Origin: Moniliella sp. 'wahieum'
Taxonomy: Eukaryota
Assembly (NCBI GenBank): GCA_003971905.1
Contig: RSEE01000036.1
Location: forward strand, 558,001 to 622,000
DNA length: 64,000 nt
Reading direction: 5' to 3'
Part shown: in pieces, positions 10,217 to 23,100 of the stretch
How positions within the stretch are numbered: position 1 is the stretch's first letter
How the letters are laid out: each line of letters starts with the position of its first letter
Position numbers and translations under genes: made by a program
The notes under the pieces: generated by a model
What the model saw: the letters and a program-made list of their open reading frames with translations, nothing else
Databases searched by the model: none
Told to the model about the DNA's origin: nothing

Positions 10217-13200
10217 ATGGCAACCTTCCGCCTCACCCAGGCCGCCCCCACCGCCCCCCCTGCCCCCCTGCCCCTGCCCTTGCCCTCGCCCTCATCCGCG
10301 CCCGCGCATTCACCCTCACCCTCCGCATCCGCATTGGCTGCCGCTGCCGCCGCCCATCTCGCCGCGCCCCCCTGCCACGCGACGCATCCGCCGCCGTGTC
10401 GGCTGCGACCGCCGCCGCCGCCGTGCTGCCGCCCCCCGAGCCACGCTTCCCCTACGACAACGAGTACAGTGTCTTTGTCGCCGACTTGGCTCACACCCTC
10501 CGCGAAGAAGACCTCGTCGCCCAGTTCCTCCACCCGCCCCCCTGGCCCCCCCGCCACCCCCTCGCCCTCGCCTCCCACCACCTCCTCCCCACCGACAGCC
10601 CGCCTCGCATTGCCCCTGCTCCCTTCCACTCCACCAAGAGCGCCAAGGTACGCCCCCCCCCCCCTTCCCGTCCCCTTTCTCTACTTCCTGGGCCCCTGCG
10701 TCCGTCGAGCGCTGTTGACGCGTGCCGCCTCGCTCCTGCTCTCGTCTGCCCAGATCATGACCGACCCGTTGACCCAGCAGTCGCGTGGCTTTGGTTTTGT
10801 CCGCTTCTACGACCCCCACGATGCCCAGCGGGCCCTGATCGAGATGCAGGGCGTCTACATCCATCCCCTCGACGGCTCCACCGCTGCCCGGCCCTTGCGC
10901 CTTTCCCCTGCCACACCCAAGAAGCACCACCACATCCCCTTCACGCCCCTGCACGGCCCCCACTCGCCACCCAAGCAGTATGCCCCGCACGAGAATACCA
11001 GTATGCTGCTTCAGGCCAATCCAGTTGCCCCCATGGCAGCTGCCGGCGTACCTTCGTCTGACAGCACCACCCTATTCGGTCGGGAGCCTGAGCGGCCCGT
11101 TTCTGAGCGGCTGGTGTCCCATGCCGACACGGCCAGTGCGCTTGACCCCAACAATGCCACGGTCTTTGTCGGCGGTCTGGTCCCAGCTGTGGGAGAGGAC
11201 GTGCTGCGAACACTGTTTGCGCCGTTTGGTGAGATTGCCTATGTCAAAATTCCTCGCGGAAAAGGGTGTGGATTGTCGCGTTTTCCCGAAAACAAGATGC
11301 CCAACGGGCCATTGACCGCATGGCCGGCTTCCCCATCCAAGGCACTCGCATCCGTCTCTCCTGGGGCCGGTCCCAGTCCGACAAGGCTGCCGCTGGCGCC
11401 CAAGCTGTTCTGCTCGCTCAAGCCCATGCCCAAGCTCAAGCTCAAGCCCAAACCCGTCTCTTGCAGCATCGCACCGCATTTGCTCAGGGCCAAGAGCCCC
11501 CGGGGTTGAACATGGGTCTTCCTGGTGGCCTCCCCGGTCTGGCCACTCCGCTCTCTCCTCAACAGCCCCAGCACCCCCTTCATCCTTCCCCCACTTGTGC
11601 CGCTGATGGCTCTTGGCACCCTCACTTTGTCCCGCGCAGCGAGGAAGGGGAGGGATGGTACGCCCACACCCGTCCTACCCGTCCCACCACCGATTCTTCC
11701 TTGGCTCCGTTAGAGGGTCGGACAGAAGCAGGCTTGGACCCCGCTTCAGTATCCACACTACGGGACATCTTGTCGGATCCCGGGCTCTGCGAGCGGGCAC
11801 TGCGTGATCCGACCCTAAGCTCATTCCTCTCTACCCTCTTGTCTACGCAACAGGGTTCCTCCCCCTCTGCGTCCCTTCCTCCCGCAGATGGAGCACCGAG
11901 TTCGCATCCCCCCTTCCGTTCTTCCATGGAATGGACTCGGACAGGATGAAGCGATTCGCGGCGCAATGGCGTTACCCGAGTACCTCCGCGAAGCCTATTG
12001 GACCGATACCCGGACCAGTGGCGCGCGCGATCGGTCCTACTCGGATACGTACCACTTGACTTGTTCCCGCCCCGCGGCGAATCCGGCCATCGGGACAAGT
12101 ACTGCGCCGCTCGGGTACAACGAGTTCCCACCCCGCTTCCCTCCCGACTGGAAGGTTCACGCTGCCTTGGACGCATCCGGGACCAGTTTACACCGTACCC
12201 CTTCTGCCCGCACCGAACCTTGCGCCTCGTTGTCCCCTTCCCCCTCGGGCGGTGGAATAGGTCCAGGCTCGAGTCAGACGATGGCCCGCTCCGCTTCACA
12301 AACCGTAATAAAGGACCGGTCCTCTGTCTCGGGTACCAGCGTAACCCCTCCTCACTCCGACTTGACCTTCTGCCCTGCTTGGCCTGCGCCTGGGTCCCGA
12401 GCGACGGAGAATGCCCCGCTCCCGACCTCCACCTCCCATCCCTGGGTGGCAGTGGGGCGGTCCCAACGCGAGTGGGACGTGCTGCCTTCTTTCTCTGAAC
12501 AGGAGCGGTCTTACCCGCCGGACCGTGCTGCGCTCATCCGCCGTCGGCAGTTGGAGCAGTATGCCTATCTGGTACGAGATGCCCAAGTGCAGCCTCAAGT
12601 GCGGACCTACAGCGCGCGCGAGTCCCGTCCGCCTCCTCTCCCCGCGTCAACACGGGGGTACCCGTACGAGTACGATTGCGATCACGCGTACGGTGGCGAT
12701 GGTCTCCGTCCTACCGTTTGTGCAGCCGGGCCGACGGAGCAGCAGCGGGACTACGACTTGCCTACCATGCGTCAGAGCAGAAGGGGATGGTCCGTCGTTC
12801 TGTTTCCTCTAGCTCGTCGTACCTCTGTCCTCCTTCCGCCAGCGAGACCACGGTCCTGCCTTCCTCTTCCCACGTAAGCGACGACACGTCCGCCCCTGCC
12901 TTGTTGGTCTCCTCGCACGCCTCGACATGGACCCCGACCGCACGTCCGGCCATCGCCCCCGCCCCCGCCTCCTACCACCACCACTACCACTACCACTACC
13001 ACCAGCAGCCTTGCCTCTTCGCTTGCTGCCACAGCCTGGTCGTGCGCCCCTCGCCCGCACTGTCGCCCTCGCCCCGCAGTGCCTCGTCCCACATCGCCTC
13101 CCCACCAGCGGCCAGGTGGGACAAAGCGAAGGAACAGCAACTACCCTGCGCGCCTCCTCCTCCTCGCCCCTTTCGCTCTTCATGGCCTCTACTTTTGCCT

Positions 13201-13287
13201 CCTTTAGTCCGTCCCAGTCGCCCTTTGTGCCAGCGGCGACCTCGCTCCGCCCCCGCGGACCCGGCCGCAGCCGACCCGCGTGCCTAG
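10217..13287 (+). CDS. Nam8/Ngr1/Csx1-like RRM RNA-binding protein; 3' end uncertain (11949 to about 13287)
   Basis: NEYSVFVADL...TKSAK, intron 10648-10753, IMTDPLTQQSRGFGFVRF...AQRALIEMQG...RPLRLSPATPK (RRM2-like). Then DPNNATVFVGGL...FAPFGEIAYVKIPRGKGCG / VAFSRKQDAQRAIDRMAGFPIQGTRIRLSWGRSQ (RRM3-like). Confidence 0.85.
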
Positions 13288-13703
13288 CCGCTTCCTCCCG
13301 CCCGGGTCTGGGTCTGGGTCTGGGTCTGGGTCTTTTTCTTTTGTCGCGAAGTCGTTTTCTTTGTCTTCTCTCCCCCCCCCCCCTTGTCATTTTACGTCCC
13401 AACTCATTTCGTCCGGCTCGGCTCGGCTCGATTGGGTTGGGTTGGGCTGGGTTCGCATTTCGTTTCTTTCCCTTGTTTTCGCACGCTGAAGGATTCCGCC
13501 ACATGATGATACCTCTCGATACCGCCCTTCTGCTTTCGTTTTGATCCCACACGCACACCGCACCTGTTCTCCTTCCTCTCTGGCTCAGTCCTTTTTACAT
13601 GCTGGCTCCGCTCTGATCTGATCTGCATCGCCCCCTCTGTCCTGTCCCCCTCGGTGGGCATGGGCAGCTGCTCCGGCACCCCTGCTTACTCTACGCGCAC
13701 AGG

Positions 13704-13786
13704 CAAGCCCAAGCCCAAGCCCAAGCCCCAAGCCCAAGCCCAAGCCCAAGCCCAAGCCCAAGCCCAAGCCCAAGCCCAAGCCCAAG
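13704..13786 (+). repeat. (CCCAAG)n hexanucleotide microsatellite, about 14 copies
   Basis: Read directly. It lies in a pyrimidine-rich tract downstream of the RRM gene, with (GGGTCT)n nearby at about 13303-13333. Confidence 0.95.
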
Positions 13787-15453
13787 CACACTCACACCCA
13801 CACCCACATACTCCTGTTCCTCCGTTGATCTCAACCTCAACCGTATGCCTCCTGCCTCCCTTTCCTCGTCTCGTCTCGTCTCGTCTCCTCCACTGTCGGG
13901 TTTTGTCCCCCCCTCCCGACCAGGGCTCCCGTCTCACCCCCCTCTTTCTCCCCTCTATACTTGACTTGCTCGTCCTCGCGGCCCGCCTCCGCCCTGTTGC
14001 GACGTTTAAGTTCACGCTTCTGCGCACCTGCGTTTTGTTCTTGTTTCTGTTTTTGGTCCTGTTTTGGTCCTGTTTTGGGTTTCCCCTTTCCTGTTGGAAC
14101 TGCCAGTTGTCTGGCTATGTCTTTCAGGGTGCCATGTACCATGTACCATGTACCATGCACCATCCCATTCTGGATTCGGTTCGGGAGGTTCTGCTCTCGA
14201 TCTTTTTTTTCTTTTTCTTCTTTCCTTCTCTTTTTTGGCAAACGCTCGGTCTCTCTTCTCCGTCCTCAGCCCTTCGTCCTGAGTATACTCGGTTGCGACC
14301 CGCACACTCGCTTGCCCCTGCTTCCTATAATTCTCTCTCTCTTTCTCTCCTTTCTCTCTCGCCCTACCTCTCTCTCGCTTCCTTTCTTCCCTTTTTTCGC
14401 TGCAGTGGACACCTGCCCCTCTGCTCGCATCTCGGCTCGTCTCGTCTTCCTTCCCGTTTCCCGTTTCTCGGTCCCGCTAGTTTTTTTCCCTCTTACCTAG
14501 CTCTCGCTTCGCGTCTCGCTCGCACTCTTTCGGCCTGGATACACAGTACGTGTCTGGATCGGTCATGGATATATGGTTTCTTGGATCTCACATAAAAGCC
14601 CGCGATGAACACAAATGAGTGGAGTGTGGATTGAATAGCCACATAGTAACCGCGTGTGTGGCGAGCACATATTAGGACAGGGCAATGGTGGATAGCGGGA
14701 GCGGGGCGTGGAGAGACTGCCAACAACTCCCACAACTCCTTTGACATGGCCTGACAAGGCGGCGAGACTATTGGTAAAAAAAAGCAGGCGATGGACGCGC
14801 ATTCAATGATTGCTTATCGATGGCACAGATGACTAGGATGACTCGGGGCGTTATCGCCAGGTGTATCCGAGGGGAAAGCCTGGTCAGGCAGTGGCTGCCG
14901 CTGCTTGGTATCGATCCTGGGTGCTTGTGCCCCCCTTGGCCCCGCCGATTCGCACGCGTAATTGGCACGTACACAAAAAAAACCATCGCGACGCCCCCCC
15001 AGCACTAGGCGGCGGGGGATTCGTCCCAGTCATTTATGCCACTGGGCTGCGCACGTGACGCGGCGTGACGTAACGCGTGCCCAGCCGCTGCGCTTGAGCC
15101 GCCCAGGCGTTGCACCGATCCAGCCAATTTTTTTCAGCCAGTGCGCTGGGCAGCCCGCCAGGCCGCAGCCAGCACGCCCCACGCCTTTCCCGCCGGCCGG
15201 CTCCACCTCTCTGGCCTTTCTTCTGCGCCTCCATCGCATCCAGCCTTCGCCGCCGCCTCCTTCGCCGTCTCTCTCGCCGTCTCTCTCGCCGCCTCTCTCG
15301 CCGCCTCACTCGCCGCCTCTCTCGCCGCTCCCCCCCACCCCCCACACCGCGGCTGGCACCCCAGTCCATGCCCTGCGAGCTCCGAGCCCGCACCTGCCCA
15401 TCCACCCCCCCGCCCCCGGCTCCTCCTCCCCGCCCCCCCCTGCCCGCGCCCCG

Positions 15454-18400
15454 ATGAGTGTGGGCGCGACGGCTGCCCGCTGGCCGCGCCCTCGCCGCGC
15501 CGCCGCTGCTGCCGTCTCCCCCGATTCCGATTCGGATTCGGACCTTGATATCGACTTGGATGCCGAAACGGACGACGAGGCGCTTGCCCACGCGCTTGCT
15601 CTCGTTGCCTCCGACCCCGACAACGATCCTGCCGGAACAGATGCCGATGACATTGGCGATGCTTCCAGCGACGAGACGACGAGGATGCTAGCAAGCAGCG
15701 TCCCCGTCCTTCTGCCTCCCACCCCCCACTTCTTCCTCCGTCGCCGCCCCCGAGTCGGAAGACGACCTCTTGGCTGAGGAGGAGCCCGCATCATCGCCGA
15801 CGAAGAGGCTCGCCTGCGCCACCGCCGCGCCGTCGCCCGCCTCCCATCCCGCGCCAACGCAGCCACGACGAGGATGCTGCACGTAACTCGCCCAGCCGGT
15901 TGGGCCTGCACCCCACCCCGCCTCGGGGAGGAGCCGGCTCCCATGCTCGCTCCCTCCTCCGCCTCTGACGACGATGACGACGACGACGACGATGGTTCGG
16001 ACCATTCGTTGCCGCCCGACCGAGCAATGCAGACACACATCCCATTGCCCACCCTCTCCTCTTTGACTCCCAATCACCAGCGCCATCCCCGTCCCCGTCC
16101 CCGACCTACCACCTCCGCTACCTTCCCCCGATACATTACGCGCCTTGGTCCTCTCCAACTCGGCAGTATGCTGGGCAACGAGATTTTCGAGGCCCAAGCC
16201 GGCTTTCATACCGATTCGGAACCCTCCTTTACCGACTTTTTCGACTCGGGCTCGGACCACGACCCAGCCGAGGAGGACGCTGATGCGGATGCGGAGGCGG
16301 ATAAAACTGCTCTGCCACCCCCTGTCCTTCCCGTTTCCCAGCACGACCCTGCCCCCGAGGGGGAATCTGACCTGGACGCTTTGACTACCGACACGGAATC
16401 CGAGGGCGGCTCGGACCTTTCGGCGCTGGAGGCGGCACTGCTCGATATTGCCGCTCGTGCGTCACGAGAGATGGAGTTGGCGGAGAAGAATGGCGCTGGG
16501 AGCGAGCTGGGCCCAGTCGAGGCTGGATCGGTGGTCAACACCGACTTGGCCTTGGCCGAGGAAGCAGCGCGCCAAGCAGAGATGCCGCTGCTGATTATTG
16601 AGGACCTGGATGGCCGTTGATCTATGCGCGTGCGTCCAATGGCGAGGCGGTGTTTGGCTCGGATGGAGAGTTTGAGTACATTGGCGAGGATGGCTCGTCG
16701 GACGACGGCTCGGACGAAGAGCTGAGTCCAGACGAGGAATTTGCTGGCCTTGACTTTGATGGCAACGATCTCGACACGGAACGAGGCGACACTGGCGCAC
16801 CATGCCCAACGCTCCTTCCTCCCGGCTCCCGATGGTACCGTTGACGACCCCAACGTGCCTGGGGTCAACACGGAAGACTTTGCCCAAACCCAAGACGCAC
16901 TGCGAGAGGAACGACAAAAACTGTTGCTCCAGCGCCGCCGCTCCTCTGTCCTGGGCACCACCTTGGACGACACAACCAGCGATGACAAGTACAACTCTTG
17001 GTCTGCTGGCGACGAGGCCAAGTTACTCGAGGCATTGACCGAGCACCCTCCCCGCCTCGCACGGAGCGGGACCGCATCCTCTTCCACCTCTGCTCTCGCC
17101 CCCCGAACGGTACCCAACCGCTTGTCTGGCCCGACCTCAACCACCAAACCCTCGATTTGGCCCGGCAACTCGAGCTGGAAATGAACGACGAGGAAGGCGA
17201 AACGACGGACGAATGGCCGAGGAAGATATGCAATTTTCCCGCTTGCTCGTCGGCTCTGTCGAGCCCCATGGCCATCTCGGTCGTCAACGCCGCAAACAAC
17301 AACGGCGCGAACGTCGACGCCAATTGCGCCGCAACCAACGTGACCTCGACCGTGTCCGTGGACGAACGCGCGGGTGAAACCCCTGCCGTCCCAATCCACC
17401 GCGTTCCCATTTTCCCTGCCCCAGACTTGGTGCCCGCGGCGGCCTCGGGGACAAGGGAAGACAACACCACTACTTTCCCCCTAATCCTCGCGGCCGCAGA
17501 GCAAGAGCAAGCACAAGAAAAAGAACAAAGAGCAATCAAGAGCAAGATCAGGCCCACGAGCATCAGGACAAACTCGACCCGGAAGCGGAACTGGAGCCCA
17601 AACCTACTCATGACCTTGACATCGACCTCGACCTCGAGCTGGCTCCCCCCCACAGGTGCAGCCGCTCGTTCAACCAGACCCGAAGCAACCAGCAGGCTCT
17701 CCTGTCGACGCTTCCGTCCTGGCTCCCAGCGCGGCGCGGCCACTGCCACTGCGACCACGACAGAGCTTGCCTTGGCCTCTGTGGATCCGGCCCCGATCCA
17801 AACCGAAGCGGATACATCTTTGGTGCCCGTCGACCTTCCTGCTCCCGATGCAGCTGATCCTCCCACTGCAGAAGCTAGCACAAGCACCCCTGCTCTCCCT
17901 CCACTCGCGTTGGCCCCAACACCCAAAGCGGAAACGGAGCCGAGTGAATCGGGGTGGATGGCAGACGCATTGGCCCATGCCATGACTGGTTCCACCACCT
18001 TGCCCATCCACGCCACGCCCCTCCGCCCACCCATGATGGGCAGTTTCCGCCCCACCTCCTCCAACGCCAAGCACCGTGCTGTCATTGACGGACGTCGTGA
18101 AGCCCCTTCTCCGTTTGCCGTCAACAGCACGGTGCGCAACAAGGGACTTGGCATCCGTCCGCCCAAGCCTCTGCCAAGCGCAGTCGAGCACGCGAAGTAC
18201 GTCCCGGTTTATCTTGGCATGCCCCTGTGAGCCTCACTTGGTCGCCCGGTACTAACCTCCTTTGTTTTTACAGCTTGACACGCCCAGCCAATCATCCAAA
18301 CGGATGAGACGGTTATCAGCCGATCCTCCCGCCGGCCCAGGTGGTCCGTCTCGTTCTCGTTCGGGTACGTCCCGCGGCGGCAAGATGACTGGCCCAGGCT

Positions 18401-19483
18401 CCATTACCTCCCCCGAGGCTGTGGGAGGGGCTGCTGGGGAAAGGAAGGCGAGGCGAGTAGGAGATGGTAGATCTAGATCTGGACGATGTTTTGGATGCTG
18501 CTGCACTTCGTATGGCTGGCAGCAGCTCCCCGCCCCGAGGGGATGTGAGTGGTACGTCCGGCAAAGCCAACGCCACGCCCTTGGGTTCATCTTCGCTGGC
18601 TCCACCTTCGCTCTCCAGCTTATCTCGCCTAGCGGGTGAGTCGCCCTCGACGTCCAAGTCGCAGAGCACGCCGCAGAGCCAATTGGGTTTCAACCAACAG
18701 GCCTTTGCGCGCTGGAATCGGGTGCCTATGAACACCTTTCGTGATGGCCAACACCAGTCGCTTCCGCGCCCCACTTCAGCTGCGGCCACGATATGGCGCC
18801 GACGCGCTGGACACATTGGGCTTGACCATCATGGCCCCGTCTCCCTCGCCATGGCCTCGGCGCACCAAGCCACTGGAGTGGCGTCCTCTAACCCCGCTGA
18901 TTCGGCCACTGCAGTAGGCGACGTGACCCTCTCACCCCTGCCTGGTCCTGGGATGGGCATGCTCTTTCCCCGTGGTCCGCCTAGCGATCTGCAATCCGAC
19001 TCGGGCTCACGTAAGGTGACCCGGCGGGAAAAGCGCGCGCGCCAAGCGCAACGACAAGCCTTGCGCGAACAAGCGCTTGGTGCACTTGTCCCGCCCACCG
19101 AGGCACGCCCACAAGGCGTCCCCTCGGTCTACCTCGGTCACTCGCCCCCGTGTCCCCCACCCACTTGCCGAACGGGAATTGGCCTTCTCCCCCCCGCACC
19201 ACCCTTCCTCCGCCCCCGACCTGCTGCACGCTGAGAATGACGATGCAGGACTGGTACGAACAGCGCCAGGTTCCACTCCTCCTTCTACTCACCCTCTACC
19301 CTCCCTGCTCCCGACGCCAGCACGCGCCCCGCGCCCCCGTCGCTGCTCTACCCGGGGGGGGCAACTACCCAGGGACCTCCGTCCAGCACTCTGCACGGTG
19401 TGCTGCACTCGCCTCTCTTTGCCGGCCTCAACTTTGTCGAGGACGACATGGACGAAGGGACGGGCGGGCCGTTGATGATCTGA
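15454..19483 (+). CDS. Large acidic low-complexity protein, probable Ifh1/Crf1-family ribosomal-protein-gene coactivator
   Basis: Ordered motifs EEGETTDE (~17190-17213), LRPPMMGSF...AVIDG...PSPF (~18021-18116), DLDLDDVLD, RWNRVPMNTFR (~18710-18742) and C-terminal HSPLF...GGPLMI*. Intron 18197-18273 with a TACTAAC branch site. The motifs resemble recalled Ifh1 motifs (STDEDD, LRPPKLGTW..IIDG, RVPVAAFR). Confidence 0.6.
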
Positions 19484-20185
19484 TCATCCTATGGCGTGGG
19501 CGTGGACCGAGGTGGGGTGGAAGGAGGCCAGAGAGTGGTGCTGGTACAGTGCGAAAAGAGCGGTGCTGCATCAGTTCCGAGGGGGAGTGCCTGACTCCGT
19601 CTGTCGCCTTCTCTCCTGCCTTGATCAGTCGTATCGATCAGTCCTTCCCAGTTTGGTTGCTCTGTCTCCATCACTACTAGTAATTGATTTCCATCCCCAC
19701 AACATGTGCCTGGCGCCTTAACAGGGTACACGAGATGGAGTAGGTCACCTCGCTTGTCCTCCGCTCCCCCGGTTTGTCTGTTTTATCTGGTTCATCGCTT
19801 GTAATCGATTGGCATCCGTTTGTATCCCCGCTGCGTCCAGGGCCTTCCTGGGTGCGGCACGGCATGGGACCGCTTGGAATTGAAGACGTAGCCAGCAAAA
19901 CTGGCGCACCGATTATTCGACAAGGGCGCAGGAAGGTCAGTCTGGCAGGATGTGATGCACCGTCGTCCTGTCTTGATACTACCAGCAGTCTACCAACTGG
20001 GAAGAGGAACACATCTTGGTTTCATTCGGTCACCGAGAGAAGAAGTGGAGCTTACGGGAAAGAGAGAGAAAAGGGGGGGGGGGACGAAAAAGAGAATTGT
20101 CCAGTTGCGGTTGAGAGTAGTGAATCATGAATCAGACAGCTCATCGAAAGACGGATAGCATAGGGGAGAGAAGGTGTGACTGACA

Positions 20186-23100
20186 TCATATGACAGCAAC
20201 CGGGGCCTGATCCATGGGATGGAACGAGTCAAGACCGGCAAAGGTAACCGCTTCGTGGCCAGTCTCTAGTGGGGGAGGAGGGGGGTGATGGATATCATCG
20301 GAAGAGGGGGAAGCAGCGCGCGTCGCCCCCCAACCAGAGGGACGGAGAGGTCCGGCTCGGTCCCGGGCACCAAATTCAGGCGCGACGGGTGAGCCTGCGT
20401 AGCTGGTATGAGTGGAGCAAGGTGCAAAAATACCGTCCAATGCAAAAACATCTTGGCCTTCGCCTTCGAAGGCAGGGGCGCTTGAACGCATCACTGGTTT
20501 ACCGACAGGGGAATGGGGTCGAGGGGTCGTAGCGTCCTGGTCAACGGGGTGGAAGGCGTCCAATCCACCGTAGCTCACATCATCGCTGTCATCACCCAGA
20601 GGCTGTACGGCGGACGAGAGGGACGAAGTGGACGCAATCGGACGCACCCGCTACATTCGGAATTGGGGCCCTGGCGGCGATCGGAGAGGACCCGGCCCAG
20701 CTGGTGTGCGTCGAGCGGGGGGCAAACGATCGGTCCAAGGTGAAGTCCTCCTCGCCTTCCCCTTCGAACGCGGGCGGCGCCTTCACTGGCTGGGCCATCG
20801 GGGTCGTAGCGTCCTGGTCGACCGGGTGGAAAGCGTCCAAGCCTCCGTAGGCCACATCATCATCCCCCTCTTCCCCGAACGGCTGCACACAGCTGAGGAG
20901 AGAGACGAGCGCGAGGGAATGGTACGCACAACCGTCGCCTCGAGGATGGGCGCCCGAGCAACGACGGGAGAGGATCCTGCCCAGCTGGTGTGGGTCGAGC
21001 GGGGCGCAAACGACTGGTCCAAGGAGAAGTCCTCCTCACCTCCCTTCAAAAGCGGGCGGCCCTTTCACTGGGTGGGCCACCGGGGTTGTGGCATCCTGAT
21101 CAACTGGGTGGAACGCGTCCAAGCCGCCGTAGCTCACATCATCATCCCCCTCTTCCCCGAACGGCTGCACAGCTGAGGAGAGAGATGAGCGGGAGGGCAT
21201 GGTACGCACCCACCAACTTGGAAATGGGGGCCGTGGCGACGACAGGAGAGGACCCAACCCAACTGGTATGGGTCGAGCGGGGCGCAAACGATTGATCCAA
21301 GGTGAAGTTCTCCTCGCCTTCGCCTTCGAATGCGGGTGGGGCCTTCACCGGTTGAGCCAACGGGGTCGTGGCATCCTGGTCGACAGGGTGGAGAGCGTCC
21401 AAGCCGCCGTAGCTCACATCATCACTGTCATCTCCCAGAGGCTGGACGGCCGAGGACAGAGATGAGCGGGAGGGCGGACGCACAGCCACCAACTTGGAAA
21501 TGGGGGCGCATGCAACGACGGGAGAGATCCTGCCCAGCTGGTATGGGTCGAGCGGGGCGCAAACGACTGGTCCAAAGAAAAGTCCTCCTCGCCTTCCCCT
21601 TCGAACGCGGGCGGCGCCTTCACTGGCTGGGCCATCGGGGTCGTAGCGTCCTGGTCGACCGGGTGGAAGGCGTCCAAGCCGCCGTAGCTCACATCATCAT
21701 CCCCTCTTCCCCGAACGGCTGCACAGCTGAGGAGAGAGACGAGCGGGAGGGCATGGTACGCACAGCCACCAACTTGGAAATGGGGGCCGTGGCGACGACA
21801 GGAGAGGACCCAACCCAACTGGTATGGGTCGAGCGGGGCGCAAACGATTGATCCAAGGTGAAGTCCTCCTCGCCTTCGCCTTCGAACGCGGGCGGCGCCT
21901 TCACTGGGTGGGCCATCGGGTCGTAGCGTCCTGATCAACTGGGTGGAACGCGTCCAAGCCGCCGTAGCTCACATCATCCCCCTCTTCCCCGAACGGCTGA
22001 ATGGCGGACCAGAGGGACGAAGTGGACGCAATCGGACGCACAGCCGCTACATTCGGAATTGGGGCCCTGGCGGCGATCGGAGAGGACCCGGCCCAGCTGG
22101 TGTGCGTCGAGCGGGGCGCAAACGATTGGTCCAAAGAAAAGTCCTCCTCGCCCTCCCCTTCGAACGCGGGCGCCCTTCACTGGGTGGGCCATCGGGTCGT
22201 GGCATCCTGGTCGACCGGGTGGAAGGCGTCCAAGCCGCCGTAGCTCACATCATCACTGTCATCTCCCAGAGGCTGAACGGCCGAGGACAGAGATGAGCGG
22301 GAGGGCACGGTGCGCACAGCCACCAATTTGGAAATGGGGGCACATGCAACGATGGGAGAGGATCCTGCCCAGCTGGTGTGGGTCGAGCGGGCGCGAACGA
22401 CTGGTCCAAAGAAAAGTCCTCCTCGCCTTCCCCTTCGAATGCGGGCGGCGCCTTCACCGGTTGAGCCAACGGGGTCGTAGCGTCCTGGTCAACCGGGTGG
22501 AAGGCTTCCAAGCCGCCGTAGCTCACATCATCGCTGTCGCTCACCGCCTAGAGGCTGCACGGCCGAAGACAAGGACGAAAGGGATGACACGCGGCCGACG
22601 GGGCCCATTGGCTGGGTGGTAGCGCGTGGTAGGACGGGCGATGAGCTGGTCCAACTCGTATGCGTCGAGCGAGGGGCGAACGCCTGCTCCAGCGAAAAGT
22701 CTTCCTGGCCCTCGCCTTCGAACGCGGGCGCGCGCGCCTCAGCCACGGGGTGCGCCATCGGTGTCACCGCCTCGTCAGCCGGAACAACGTGTTCAGCGCC
22801 TCTGCCTCTGCCGTCTCGGTGCGAGCAGATAACTTGGACGCTGATTGGACGGATGTGGTGGGTCCATCTGGGGGTTCCTCCCCTTCGCGCTCCTCCCCCG
22901 CCGACGACGCATTGTCACTCCCGTTTCTAAATGTATCAAGCGAAGGAAGGAGTACGCTCGACGGGAATGTCGGCTTGCTGGTCAGCTGGATGGAAGGAGA
23001 TCAAACCGTCCGCTTCCATGCCTTCCGTCTCGTCCCCGAAAGGTTGAGAAGCGGTGGCCAGCGAAACGGGTCGAGGCGTGGACAGGTTGAGTGGTTCCTG

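Noticed and set aside
13654..14595. 313-aa ORF with poly-QA and hydrophobic stretches
   Set aside because: It arises from microsatellites and a stop-poor pyrimidine tract; there is no recognisable domain.
20500..22760. CRISPR-like or satellite interpretation of the 279-bp array
   Set aside because: Units are long, there are no unique spacers, the context is eukaryotic, and the array translates on the minus strand into conserved peptide motifs continuous with an intron-containing gene.
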